From positions 75,109 to 139,108 of the forward strand of contig JBDQNU010000001.1 of the NCBI GenBank assembly GCA_040261535.1: a stretch of DNA of 64,000 nt, given 5' to 3'. The translations under genes and the position numbers were made by a program. This DNA is from Poseidonia sp. GTDB lineage: Archaea > Thermoplasmatota > Poseidoniia > Poseidoniales > Poseidoniaceae. This document shows positions 36,406-45,821 of the stretch, one piece after another (position 1 is the stretch's first letter; each line of letters begins with the position of its first letter). Below the pieces are notes generated by a model that did no database searches, had not been told where the DNA came from, and was given only the letters and a program-made list of their open reading frames with translations.

Positions 36406-39400
36406 ATGCAAAACGAATCACCCCGTAAAACGACGCCAATTTTCTTGATGATGCTGATGGTGCTCGCACCGCTTGCAGCAGCCAACGTCACCAACTTTTC
36501 GGACGGCTCCGCTTCGGTTTCCGTTGAAATCCGGGACGGCGGCGATCTTCAAAACCTCGTCGATGGAAGCATCGACCTTCCCGACGGTGAGACCGTCACC
36601 AGTGCCTCTATGAAGGTCTCCACGACCATGGTCGAGCACGGCGCACAGGTTCGCATTGACACGGATACGATGCCCCGCGTCTGGAATCCGCAATACAACA
36701 ACCAATTGACCAACTTCTCCGACCAGTCCTTGTTCCAAATCGAGGACGGTTCCGACGCCACGCCGGTTTCGTTGGCTGCAGAAGGTTACCTCACTGATTT
36801 CGAGGGCACCGACGGTGGATTCATCGACGCCACGGACCCCGGTGCCATGCCCGCCTCCGGCATCGGTTGGGAACACGGGTCGTTGACATCCTCGGACACG
36901 CCCGCCGGGTGCAAGTCCGGCTCGGAATGTTGGGGGACGAACTTGGGCGACACCAACTACACGGACGATAACAACGGCCAACCCTTCACGGTCGCCATGT
37001 TCAGCGAAGAGTTGTTCGTTGACCCGCTGCTCAAGAGCAAAACGGCCACCTTTGACTCCTGGCACAACCTCGAAGCTCGTGACGGTACCCAACAGAACAC
37101 GGTTCGTTTTACCGACTGTGCCTACATGGAAATCCGCGCCTCTCCGAATCCCGGCTTCCCTCCCGGCGCCGTTTACAACCCTCAAGAGTGGGATTTCCTG
37201 CCCATTGACGACCAAGCCAGCACGGGCCTGAGCTTTGGTAGCAACTATGCCCAAGGTGGAAGCACGATCAACGGCCGCATCGGTACGGCGTGCACCAAAC
37301 TCGCTGACACCGACGGTTCAGGAACCGACGGATGGGGTCTTGCAGGCTCCTCCACCAACCCAACGTCGAATCCCTCGGGCTGGACCACCATTGCCGTTGA
37401 CTTGACCGACTACATCGACCAGTACATCCAGATTCGCTTTGTGATGCAACACGTCGCCACGCCAAATGACCCGATCGACGACAACATGTCCGGCTGGTAC
37501 ATTGACAACTTCCGTCTTGGCGACTTGTTGCCCCAAAGCGCCAGCATGACGGTTCGAGGCATGACGCCCTCCGTTCTTGGCGGCGAAAACCACCCCAACG
37601 GGTACGGCATCCTCGCCTTGGAAGCCGAGACCACCTCCTCAGCCACCATCACGGTTGACGTTCTCGACACGAGCGGTAACCAGGTCTACGGGAAGGACGG
37701 CTCGGCCATGAGCGGCTTGCGAGGCGACATCATCGAACTCTGGAACATCGATTCTCAACAGTACCGTGCGGTGAACCTGAAGTTCACCTTCGACTCCGGC
37801 CCAGACCGCCTTTCAACGCCGGTCCTGCACGGCTTCAGCATCGGTTCTCGGGTCGGTACCGGGTTCAACTTCACCGCCTTTGGCCCCTCCACCATCGACG
37901 ACGGTGTCTGGCAGACCAGCGGCGGTGGCTTCCCGATGATCTACGCTCCTGAGATCCGCCAGACCGCACACAATCCGGTTCTCGAGCGCAGCAAATTCAG
38001 TTACCCCATCACGTCGATTCAGCCGATGATTCAAGACGATTGTACGGAGTCCCCGAGCATCGAAATCACGCCGACGGGGTCCAACCGCGTCGTTAATTTG
38101 ACCGACGGCGTCAAAACGTCGTTCTTCGATGAGCCGTTGTTTGGTTTTACCTCGGTGACGGCTTACCAAGGCCCCTGCAACGTTGGCGGCATCTGGTTCG
38201 ACCTTGAGTTTGGCCACCATGCAAGCCACATGCGTATCGACGTGGCCGACGACGGCGACGTTGATTACGGGTTCACGGAACCGGCGTTTGACATGTTCGG
38301 CCGACAGACCACGTTTGTCTCAAGCACGGTTGACGGCGTCAACTACGCAACGGATTCCGCTACCCTAACCTTGGATTTGAACGGCGAGGCCAACGGTGGC
38401 GTGTTCATGTTGCCCGAAGGCGCCGAAGTCTCTTCCGCAGACCTCAGCTTCGATCAGGTCAGCATTCGTTCCAACACCGACCCAACCGAAGGGTTCGAGT
38501 TGTCCTTGATGGCCGGATCCCAATCCGTATCGTTGGGCGACATGCCCAACAGCACGGTTCTCTTCCCCGAGTCGCTTTCCCCTGCGATGGACTTCAAGGC
38601 CGCCTTGAATTCGCTGCTCACCAACCCCTCCGTTGCTGGAACACACCAAGACGAGTTCGGCCGCTACTGGATCAAGTTCCGATTCATGGTCGACTCTCCA
38701 AACGCCTCCTCGGGAACGTCGTTGAACATTGTGAACCTCGACGTCGTCTACAACTATTCGACGACCCTGACCTCCACCGATGGATTGGACATTGAACTCA
38801 ACCAAGGCGTGGCCTTGTGGACCGGTGGCGCAACCGCAACGGTGCCCGTTGGCCTGTACACCGACACCGGCGGCGGCGTGTTGCTCAGCGACCTGAACGT
38901 CGCCTCAAGCACCGGATACAGCAACACCATCGCCATCACCGGCAACCCCGTTGGGCTCTACCCCAACGGCGATATCTACGAAATCGTCACCACGCACACC
39001 GTTGACTCGCTGACGGGAACCGCGCTCTCCGAGGCTTGGCTGACGTTTGAATCCGAATCGAGCTACATCAAGTTCTCATGGAGCGACTTCATGTCGTTCA
39101 CCGAGGCCAGCGACGAACACGACCACGTCACGCTTGAATCGACGTCATCGGTCAGCGCCATTACCGACGGCTACGAAGTCACCTGGCATTTCCGTGTCAA
39201 CCCGACTTGGGACGACACGGAAGCGGTTCGGGTGTACGCTGGATTGACCACGGCGAACAACATCAACGGCTTGCCGGACGCTGTCTTGCTCGACCCTTCC
39301 GTTGGAAATGCAGTGGAGAACGATGCTGGGATCACGATGTTTGAGTTGAAGAACAGCATCGGCGTCACGCAGGCGCTGACCGGCGCAGAATCGGGGCAAG

Positions 39401-42291
39401 ACATCAATCTCGTCGGCCAAATCCGACTCCAAGACCTCAGCGAAGCCCCTGACCCCAGTTCCTACTTCCTCGTGCTCGAACTCAAGCACGTCAACACCAC
39501 CGACGGTAACATCACCATCGAATGGGAAGAGGTCGCCAACCGCTCGGGCGTGATCGGTGGGGACTTCAACTGGAACATCAATCTGGGCAGCGCAGCAGGA
39601 AGCGAGACCTACCGTTTCGCCGTGCGAGGCTACGAAGGCGGCGACTTGCTCTGCCCTCCGTCGGAGTATAACCCTGACGAGACCTGTGCTATTCCGTTCG
39701 ACATCACCATCGACACCTACGAACCGAACCTTTTGGACATCCAAGTACTCAGTCCGGGAACCGATGAAAACGTGGACTCCAACTGGCGAACGTTGCTCGA
39801 CGACACTTGGGTCGTCCCTCAACAGGCGCAAAAGATCCGCATGTCAAGCCAAGACTTGCCCAGCCCTCCCGCATCGCTCGACCTTCACCTCTGGGTGGAG
39901 CATGACCACGATGCCAACAGCGACGGTCAACCCAATGCAGATGAATACATCACCATCACCATGAACGGCGATGGCGAAGCACCCACGGCAAACTATTCCG
40001 GTGAGTACAACGACTACGCCAATGAAGGATTGGAAGGCAAAGTTTCGCTATGGATTGAAGGTTACGACCTTGCAGGAAACCCCATCGACGGTGGCGGTCC
40101 AGGGTTCGCCAACGACCAAGTCACCTACGTTTCGATGTCGTCAAAATCCCCCGTCATTCGCAACTTCTTCATCGAGGACTCCAAGGGCAACGGTTTCCTG
40201 AACTCAAACGAACTTCAGTGGGACGGTACGTGGAACCAAACCATGTACGCCGGCAACACCTACCACCTCATCCTCGAGGCAAGCGACGACAACGGATGGC
40301 GTGACGTTGACTTCTTCAAGATCAACTTGGACAAAACCACCGACGCAGAAGGCGTGACTCAAGACCTGAACGTGTGGTATTTCCCTCGTAACGAAACCGC
40401 ATGGACCGACAGCCCGTATCTGGAAATCGTCTACGACGGCAACGTGGCCCCCTCCATGCTCACGATGGACAACACCGCCCTCATCGACCCCTTCGAAGCC
40501 GATTTCATCCTCAACATTCCCGTTCGCTTGAAGTGGGGCGTCGTCGGCTTGGACGGCAAGGACATCGAACCGAAACTCCAGATGCAGGACCTCGACAACC
40601 CGCTCTACACCATGCTCTCCGGCGTTCCCGGACGCTACATCCAGGACTGGCGATACAGCGATGGGATTCAACTTGATTTCCGAACGGACGAAGTGAACAA
40701 CGAAATGGTGACGCCGTACTTCGACGACCTGAGCGAGCCGTTCACGAACGACGTGCGCGAAGGCTTCGTCTACGCCGGTGACACCGTCCGATTTTCGGGT
40801 CAATTCGCCTTTAGGGAGGGTATTTTCTACAGCGTCTTCATCAACCCTGAGGTTGAATTGACGATGGAGATTACACGCCAGGATGCCGCTGAAGATTTCG
40901 GCAAAGGGTACATTTCAACCCCTGGTGAAACGGTGACGCACACTTTCACTGGCGGCGTGTTTGACATCAACATCACCGCCCCGGTGTTCACCAACGAGTA
41001 CGTCTACACCTTCCGACTGATCAACTTGCCCGATGGAGCGGAAGATTACACCTCGGCCTTCTGTGCGACTTCAACCGACTACGGCTGCCAGAGCTTTACG
41101 CTGAAGGTCGACCGCACCTCTCCGAAGGTGGTCTCCAATTCTTGGCTTGCCGAGAAAGGTGCGCTTCCTCAAGGGGATACTAACCGACCCATAGCGAACG
41201 TGCTTTCCACCGCAACCTACCACTGCGTTGACCTCCAAGTTCAAATTGAAGAAAAGGAAGCCATGTTCCCCGGTGACTTGCAGGTCAATTGGATGTTCTA
41301 CAGCAACACCGCCAACTACATGCCATGGCTTGAGTACACCAAGTACTTCGACTCTCAACCGGCTTCCCAAACCTTGACCCTGACGACCATCCCCGGTGGA
41401 TACCTTGGTTCAGCGAGCTGCGTTGACCTTTGGCCGTTGGACGACAACACCTTCGAGCCGGATCAGCAGAAGATCACCGAGGAAGTCCCAACCCTCATCT
41501 TCTGGTTGACGGGCGTCGACTCCGCAGGTTCCACCATCCCCAACGGCGGAGGCCCGCAAGAGGACGGCACCGTGTTGCCGATCTTCTCCAGCCAGGCGCA
41601 GTACAAATCCCAGTACACGTTCATTCACGAGAAAGCGACCTTCGACGTTCAGGACGTGTTGCTCAACGACGACCCTCGTGTTGGCGACTCGATGAAGATG
41701 CAAATCAAGATCAAGAACACGGGGACCATGGCCGGTGTCGCTGAACTGGTCATCAAGTCGGTGACCGACGGCGGCACGCCCGTTGTTGAGCAGACCGTGA
41801 ACAGCGCCGAGTTGAGCATTGCCGAGGTCAGCGACTGGATTGTCGTGGATCTGGAGCCCTTCGCAGAGCAGACGACGGGCATGTACTACATCATAAGCCT
41901 GAACGGTTCAAACGACGCCATTTACGACGGTTCCGATGCGCAATGGAGCGACGTGTTCAATGTCAAGGTGGCCGAGGAGGAATCCTCCTCATCGCTGCTC
42001 TTGATCGTGGTTCTCCTCGTCGTGGTCATCGGCGTTCTCGGGACCCTCGTCTTGGTTCTGGCTCGCCGTAATAGCGGCGATCTCTCGCTGCTGGACGATG
42101 AGTACGAGGATGACGATGACGGCGCTTTTGCTGACGGAGGAAAGGTGCTCGCTGAAATCCCTGCCGATGTCGACCCCGAAATGGCTCGTGCGATGAAGGA
42201 GTTCCCCCAGTGGACCCAGGAAGAGATTCAAGGGTACTTCGACCAAGGTTGGAACGTGGAATCCCTTCGAGACTGGGTCAATAACCAGTGA
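36406..42291 (+). CDS. Giant (1961-aa) secreted, C-terminally TM-anchored surface glycoprotein/adhesin candidate
   Basis: It has a signal peptide (MQNESPRKTTPIFLMMLMVLAPLAAANV), many NxS/T sequons, a jelly-roll/MAM-like segment ending GWYIDNFRLGD, and a C-terminal TM (LLLIVVLLVVVIGVLGTLVLVLA) followed by an acidic tail. The start was moved from 35899 because the upstream 169 codons overlap the thioesterase on the other strand. Confidence 0.8.
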   Translation: MQNESPRKTTPIFLMMLMVLAPLAAANVTNFSDGSASVSVEIRDGGDLQNLVDGSIDLPDGETVTSASMKVSTTMVEHGAQVRIDTDTMPRVWNPQYNNQLTNFSDQSLFQIEDGSDATPVSLAAEGYLTDFEGTDGGFIDATDPGAMPASGIGWEHGSLTSSDTPAGCKSGSECWGTNLGDTNYTDDNNGQPFTVAMFSEELFVDPLLKSKTATFDSWHNLEARDGTQQNTVRFTDCAYMEIRASPNPGFPPGAVYNPQEWDFLPIDDQASTGLSFGSNYAQGGSTINGRIGTACTKLADTDGSGTDGWGLAGSSTNPTSNPSGWTTIAVDLTDYIDQYIQIRFVMQHVATPNDPIDDNMSGWYIDNFRLGDLLPQSASMTVRGMTPSVLGGENHPNGYGILALEAETTSSATITVDVLDTSGNQVYGKDGSAMSGLRGDIIELWNIDSQQYRAVNLKFTFDSGPDRLSTPVLHGFSIGSRVGTGFNFTAFGPSTIDDGVWQTSGGGFPMIYAPEIRQTAHNPVLERSKFSYPITSIQPMIQDDCTESPSIEITPTGSNRVVNLTDGVKTSFFDEPLFGFTSVTAYQGPCNVGGIWFDLEFGHHASHMRIDVADDGDVDYGFTEPAFDMFGRQTTFVSSTVDGVNYATDSATLTLDLNGEANGGVFMLPEGAEVSSADLSFDQVSIRSNTDPTEGFELSLMAGSQSVSLGDMPNSTVLFPESLSPAMDFKAALNSLLTNPSVAGTHQDEFGRYWIKFRFMVDSPNASSGTSLNIVNLDVVYNYSTTLTSTDGLDIELNQGVALWTGGATATVPVGLYTDTGGGVLLSDLNVASSTGYSNTIAITGNPVGLYPNGDIYEIVTTHTVDSLTGTALSEAWLTFESESSYIKFSWSDFMSFTEASDEHDHVTLESTSSVSAITDGYEVTWHFRVNPTWDDTEAVRVYAGLTTANNINGLPDAVLLDPSVGNAVENDAGITMFELKNSIGVTQALTGAESGQDINLVGQIRLQDLSEAPDPSSYFLVLELKHVNTTDGNITIEWEEVANRSGVIGGDFNWNINLGSAAGSETYRFAVRGYEGGDLLCPPSEYNPDETCAIPFDITIDTYEPNLLDIQVLSPGTDENVDSNWRTLLDDTWVVPQQAQKIRMSSQDLPSPPASLDLHLWVEHDHDANSDGQPNADEYITITMNGDGEAPTANYSGEYNDYANEGLEGKVSLWIEGYDLAGNPIDGGGPGFANDQVTYVSMSSKSPVIRNFFIEDSKGNGFLNSNELQWDGTWNQTMYAGNTYHLILEASDDNGWRDVDFFKINLDKTTDAEGVTQDLNVWYFPRNETAWTDSPYLEIVYDGNVAPSMLTMDNTALIDPFEADFILNIPVRLKWGVVGLDGKDIEPKLQMQDLDNPLYTMLSGVPGRYIQDWRYSDGIQLDFRTDEVNNEMVTPYFDDLSEPFTNDVREGFVYAGDTVRFSGQFAFREGIFYSVFINPEVELTMEITRQDAAEDFGKGYISTPGETVTHTFTGGVFDINITAPVFTNEYVYTFRLINLPDGAEDYTSAFCATSTDYGCQSFTLKVDRTSPKVVSNSWLAEKGALPQGDTNRPIANVLSTATYHCVDLQVQIEEKEAMFPGDLQVNWMFYSNTANYMPWLEYTKYFDSQPASQTLTLTTIPGGYLGSASCVDLWPLDDNTFEPDQQKITEEVPTLIFWLTGVDSAGSTIPNGGGPQEDGTVLPIFSSQAQYKSQYTFIHEKATFDVQDVLLNDDPRVGDSMKMQIKIKNTGTMAGVAELVIKSVTDGGTPVVEQTVNSAELSIAEVSDWIVVDLEPFAEQTTGMYYIISLNGSNDAIYDGSDAQWSDVFNVKVAEEESSSSLLLIVVLLVVVIGVLGTLVLVLARRNSGDLSLLDDEYEDDDDGAFADGGKVLAEIPADVDPEMARAMKEFPQWTQEEIQGYFDQGWNVESLRDWVNNQ

Positions 42292-42300
42292 GGCCCTCCG

Positions 42301-43107
42301 ATGGCCGGACCGCTGGATTGGGCAGACCCAGAGTGGTCCGACCCCGACGGTGGCACCGTGGTGCTTCACGGGACCTTACCCACCGTGGTGTACCCCAATG
42401 TTTTGCGCCCACGCTACGCTTGGGACGGTCTGGCGTTGCTTGAAACGCCCGACGTGGTTGAGTTATGGGAGCAAGAAGAGGCGGACGAGGCCGAATCACA
42501 GGGCGTCAACCTCACGTACGCCATGTTGTCCGGGGGAGCTTTTGGGAGGTATGCCGAGGGCATATCGATGCTTTCTGAACTTCAAGGTGGACGTTTTCCC
42601 GACCCCGAACCGCGTCGCTTGCAGCGCAACGCTGCGCGGCACGACCGACCCGTGTTCTTTTTGGAACCGATGGCCGATGACCCGGAGTGGAACGATTTCT
42701 TGACCCGTGAAGCCAAAGTCATGTCCCACTGGAAGAAACTGCTCAGCATGGTTCGCATCAAGAAACGGTGGAAAAAGGCCGTTAAGCGCCATATCTTCGG
42801 CATCACGCCTCCCCCCAAGGGTCAATCAGCCGACTACGCCAGTGCGAGCGTCATGGCTTCGGCTTGGTGGGACATCAACTGCGAGATGAGCACGCCCTCG
42901 CTGAACCAGGAACGGAACGACCGATACGCTGCTCGCCTCCGAGGGGCGCTCGCATCGCTTCGGTCCACGCACGGCGACGAGGCCGTGCTGATGTTGGTCG
43001 TCCACCAGCCGCAACGAGAGGCGTTGTTGGCGTCGTTGAGAGGCCTCCCCGCTGCGGAGGAGATTTCATCAACATCCACCGACACCCTGCACTCGGAGGA
43101 GGAATGA
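42301..43107 (+). CDS. Hypothetical cytoplasmic protein
   Basis: 268 aa, starting 9 nt after the giant gene. It has a basic patch (RIKKRWKKAVKRH). No family was recognised. Confidence 0.55.
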   Translation: MAGPLDWADPEWSDPDGGTVVLHGTLPTVVYPNVLRPRYAWDGLALLETPDVVELWEQEEADEAESQGVNLTYAMLSGGAFGRYAEGISMLSELQGGRFPDPEPRRLQRNAARHDRPVFFLEPMADDPEWNDFLTREAKVMSHWKKLLSMVRIKKRWKKAVKRHIFGITPPPKGQSADYASASVMASAWWDINCEMSTPSLNQERNDRYAARLRGALASLRSTHGDEAVLMLVVHQPQREALLASLRGLPAAEEISSTSTDTLHSEEE

Positions 43108-43108
43108 C

Positions 43109-43651
43109 GTGGCCGCCGGTTCCATCGATGTTCGGGTTGAAAACCAGCTCGTCCGCTTCATTTGTCCTGTTCGTATCGATCCTGACCGCGTCGTGGACGA
43201 GTTGGGAGGGACGAGAAACAGCGGCGTGGTCATCAAGGCCATGGACCGCCCCCGTGCAACGATCGTCATCGACGAGGAAGGTCGCATCGTGGTTCACGGG
43301 ACCCACCGGGTTGAGGCAGCACGAGCAGCAGCCAAGGAACTCTTGCTTCGCTTGGGCATGGACGACAACGGCTTGGTTGCGGAAATGGGTCCGGTGGTGG
43401 CTTCCTTCAAATTTGAAAACGACATCAACCTTCAGGCCATCCCGGCACAGTTGCCCTCCGGAACGGCGGTGTACGACGCTCGACTTGGGTGCACGGTCCT
43501 CTCCGATGAACGTCACAACTTGACCGTGAACATTTGGCCCAACGGCACGTGCGTCGTTTCCGATTCCCGTCACGCCAACATGGTGGCCATGGCTGCCGTG
43601 TATTGGAAATCGGTCTTTGCGGACCGTGGGTTCTTCGTTGAACGCCTTTGA
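43109..43651 (+). CDS. Divergent TATA-binding-protein-fold (two TBP-like repeats) protein
   Basis: 180 aa, GTG start preceded by GGAGGAGGA. Repeat 1 is VRVENQLVRF...RPRATIVIDEEGRIVVHGTHRVEAARAAAKELLLRLG. Repeat 2 is VVASFKFENDINLQAI...NLTVNIWPNGTCVVSDSRHANMVAMAAV. Both are collinear with the TBP pattern I.NIVAS..L...ldL...P.a.LiF.sGKiV.tGAks.e....A...l. The conserved FPG phenylalanines are absent. Confidence 0.55.
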   Translation: MAAGSIDVRVENQLVRFICPVRIDPDRVVDELGGTRNSGVVIKAMDRPRATIVIDEEGRIVVHGTHRVEAARAAAKELLLRLGMDDNGLVAEMGPVVASFKFENDINLQAIPAQLPSGTAVYDARLGCTVLSDERHNLTVNIWPNGTCVVSDSRHANMVAMAAVYWKSVFADRGFFVERL

Positions 43652-43661
43652 GGTTGAGCCC

Positions 43662-44540
43662 ATGGTCTACGACGGCCCCGTGCTCGACAATCATTTCCAC
43701 CTCAACCGGCGTGGGTTGTTTCTTGATGCAGCGCGTGGGTTCAAACAAGCCGGTGGGACGGACGTTGTCTTGGTGCACTGTCCGGATTTTTCAGCACCAC
43801 CAGAAACGTATGATGGGCATCGAGAGGCGTATGCGGACACCCTCGCCATGGCCCAAAGCGTCCGCACCGAAGTTGAGTTGGGCGTTCGTGTTGTTCTGGG
43901 GCCGCATCCAGCAGCCTTTGCTCACCAATTTGAGCGATGGGTGGCGGAGGAGGGTCAATCCGGTCGTGAGCGAGCCGTTCAGAATTACCGCCATTCCATT
44001 GACGCAGCGCTCCACTTTGTCCACGAAGGTCAAGCCCATGCCATCGGTGAGGTCGGTCGGCCTCACTGGCCGGTTTCCGATGAAATTTGGGATTTATCCA
44101 ACGAATTGCTCGAAGAGACCATGCACCTCGCTGCACAGGAGGGCATCCCTTTGCAACTCCACGTCGAAGGTGAATCGGCGTCCACGTATCCCGACCTCGC
44201 CCAGCGAGCGGTCCGACAAGGCATGGATTTGCTGAAACTGGTTCGTCATTACTCGCCCCCCGACGTGCGATCCGAGAACACCCACGGGTTGACGCCCAGC
44301 GTTCTTTGCGGAAAAGGAGCGATTGAGCGGTTGTTGGAAACCCACGAAGCCGCCCGCAACGGATTCTTCCTCGAGACCGACTACATGGACGACCCACGTC
44401 GTCCAGGCGCCGTTCTTGGACCGAAAACCGTGCCCAAGCGAACCCGCCAACTTCTCGAGGGAGGCATGGCCGAAGAGGTGCTTTGGCACACCCATCACGA
44501 CCTGCCGATGAAGGTCTACGGGGCTTTGGAAGACGTGTAG
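43662..44540 (+). CDS. TatD-family metal-dependent hydrolase
   Basis: Motifs DNHFHL (HxH), IGEVGRPHW and LQLHVE. ~292 aa from the Met at 43662. Confidence 0.78.
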   Translation: MVYDGPVLDNHFHLNRRGLFLDAARGFKQAGGTDVVLVHCPDFSAPPETYDGHREAYADTLAMAQSVRTEVELGVRVVLGPHPAAFAHQFERWVAEEGQSGRERAVQNYRHSIDAALHFVHEGQAHAIGEVGRPHWPVSDEIWDLSNELLEETMHLAAQEGIPLQLHVEGESASTYPDLAQRAVRQGMDLLKLVRHYSPPDVRSENTHGLTPSVLCGKGAIERLLETHEAARNGFFLETDYMDDPRRPGAVLGPKTVPKRTRQLLEGGMAEEVLWHTHHDLPMKVYGALEDV

Positions 44541-44614
44541 GAATCAACGACCGTTCGGCGCAATTCTCCCATCACATTGATGAAAGAGGATTTGCAGGCA
44601 ACGATGTGAGCGCC

Positions 44615-45697
44615 ATGCCCCGCCGAAGCCGCTGGCCGTTGCTTGTCGCGCTCTTGTTGTGCGGATTGCTCCTCCCTCTCGGAGCCGCTCAACTCCCGAC
44701 CGCACCCGGCGTTGAGATCGATTGCGAGGACAAGCAACCGGAACTCGACGTCCATCCGCTCAACGACCCGGAGGTGACCATCACCTGCACCGTGCGAAAC
44801 CCTTCTTCCTTCCAAGAATCCATCAGCGTCGAAAAAGAATGGGACGGGATGGAAGTCGACATGATGCTCGAGGAAGATACTTTTGACCTCGGTCCCGATG
44901 AAGAAGAAGACTTCACCGTCACCTTCTCAGGACAAACCCGCCTGTCCGCATCGCTTTCCTACGACTTTACTCTGGTCGCCACCGTCACCAACGTGGGGAT
45001 GCTTGATTGGCCGGAAGCCATGGCTTCCAATGCAAGCGTGAGCGGCGACCTGAACATCGCCTCCTACGGCATGGTTGAACTGGACATCTCCGACAAAAGC
45101 ACGCGAACCATGCAAGAAGACGATGAAGTCAAAATCACCTTCCAATTTCAAAACAACGGCAACGATGACGACAAGATTCGGGTGAGCATCGCCAACGCTG
45201 CAGAACTCGAAGAGGTTGGATTCTCGTTCCCCGGAGGCACGTTTGTTGCTGAAAACGTCGTTGAGGACGGAACTTCCACGGTTCGTGAATTGACCGTTCG
45301 GGCACCTTCCGATGTTCTTGTCGACGAACGCTACCAATTGGTGTTCCAAGCCCAGAGCGAAAACGACGATGAGGCACCGGTCATCGAGAGCACGGTCTCC
45401 ATTCAACTCGAGGCAGGCAAGACCGCTGGAGGCCTTGGCGGTGGCCTTGAAGAGGTGGACAAGGACACGGTCGTCCTGTACGGCAGCATCGGTGCTGCGG
45501 TCATCTTTGGCTTGGTGTTCGTTGCCGCCTTCGCACGTGCTCTTCGTCGTAGAGCCAACTCACAACCGATGTACGTCCCCCCTGTCGAGGTCCCTGACGA
45601 ACCCGAAGATGACGACCTCGACCTCTCCGAGTTGGACGATTTGTTTGCCGATGAAGAAGACGGTGACGACTTCGATTCGGTCTTTGCCGATTTGTAG
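44615..45697 (+). CDS. Secreted, C-terminally TM-anchored protein with acidic cytoplasmic tail
   Basis: It has a signal peptide (MPRRSRWPLLVALLLCGLLLPLGAAQ), a beta-rich acidic ectodomain, a TM (VVLYGSIGAAVIFGLVFVAAFA) and the tail ...PEDDDLDLSELDDLFADEEDGDDFDSVFADL. Confidence 0.7.
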   Translation: MPRRSRWPLLVALLLCGLLLPLGAAQLPTAPGVEIDCEDKQPELDVHPLNDPEVTITCTVRNPSSFQESISVEKEWDGMEVDMMLEEDTFDLGPDEEEDFTVTFSGQTRLSASLSYDFTLVATVTNVGMLDWPEAMASNASVSGDLNIASYGMVELDISDKSTRTMQEDDEVKITFQFQNNGNDDDKIRVSIANAAELEEVGFSFPGGTFVAENVVEDGTSTVRELTVRAPSDVLVDERYQLVFQAQSENDDEAPVIESTVSIQLEAGKTAGGLGGGLEEVDKDTVVLYGSIGAAVIFGLVFVAAFARALRRRANSQPMYVPPVEVPDEPEDDDLDLSELDDLFADEEDGDDFDSVFADL

Positions 45698-45782
45698 GCG
45701 GTTCACGCCACCGCCCGCCCTTGTCCGCCGCCGCTGAACTCGGCCGATGTGCCCCGATTTTAGGAGGAACACTCAAAGGCTT

Positions 45783-45820
45783 GGTGTAGCGCACTACACC
45801 TGTTCCCCAAGGGTGTTTTT
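45783..45820 (+). promoter_or_regulatory. Two mutually exclusive hairpins in the fabI leader
   Basis: Hairpin 1 is GGTGTAG-cgca-CTACACC (45783-45800). Its ACACC (45796-45800) can alternatively pair with GGTGT (45812-45816), which is followed by TTTTT immediately before the fabI ATG (45822). Confidence 0.3.
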
Positions 45821-45821
45821 C

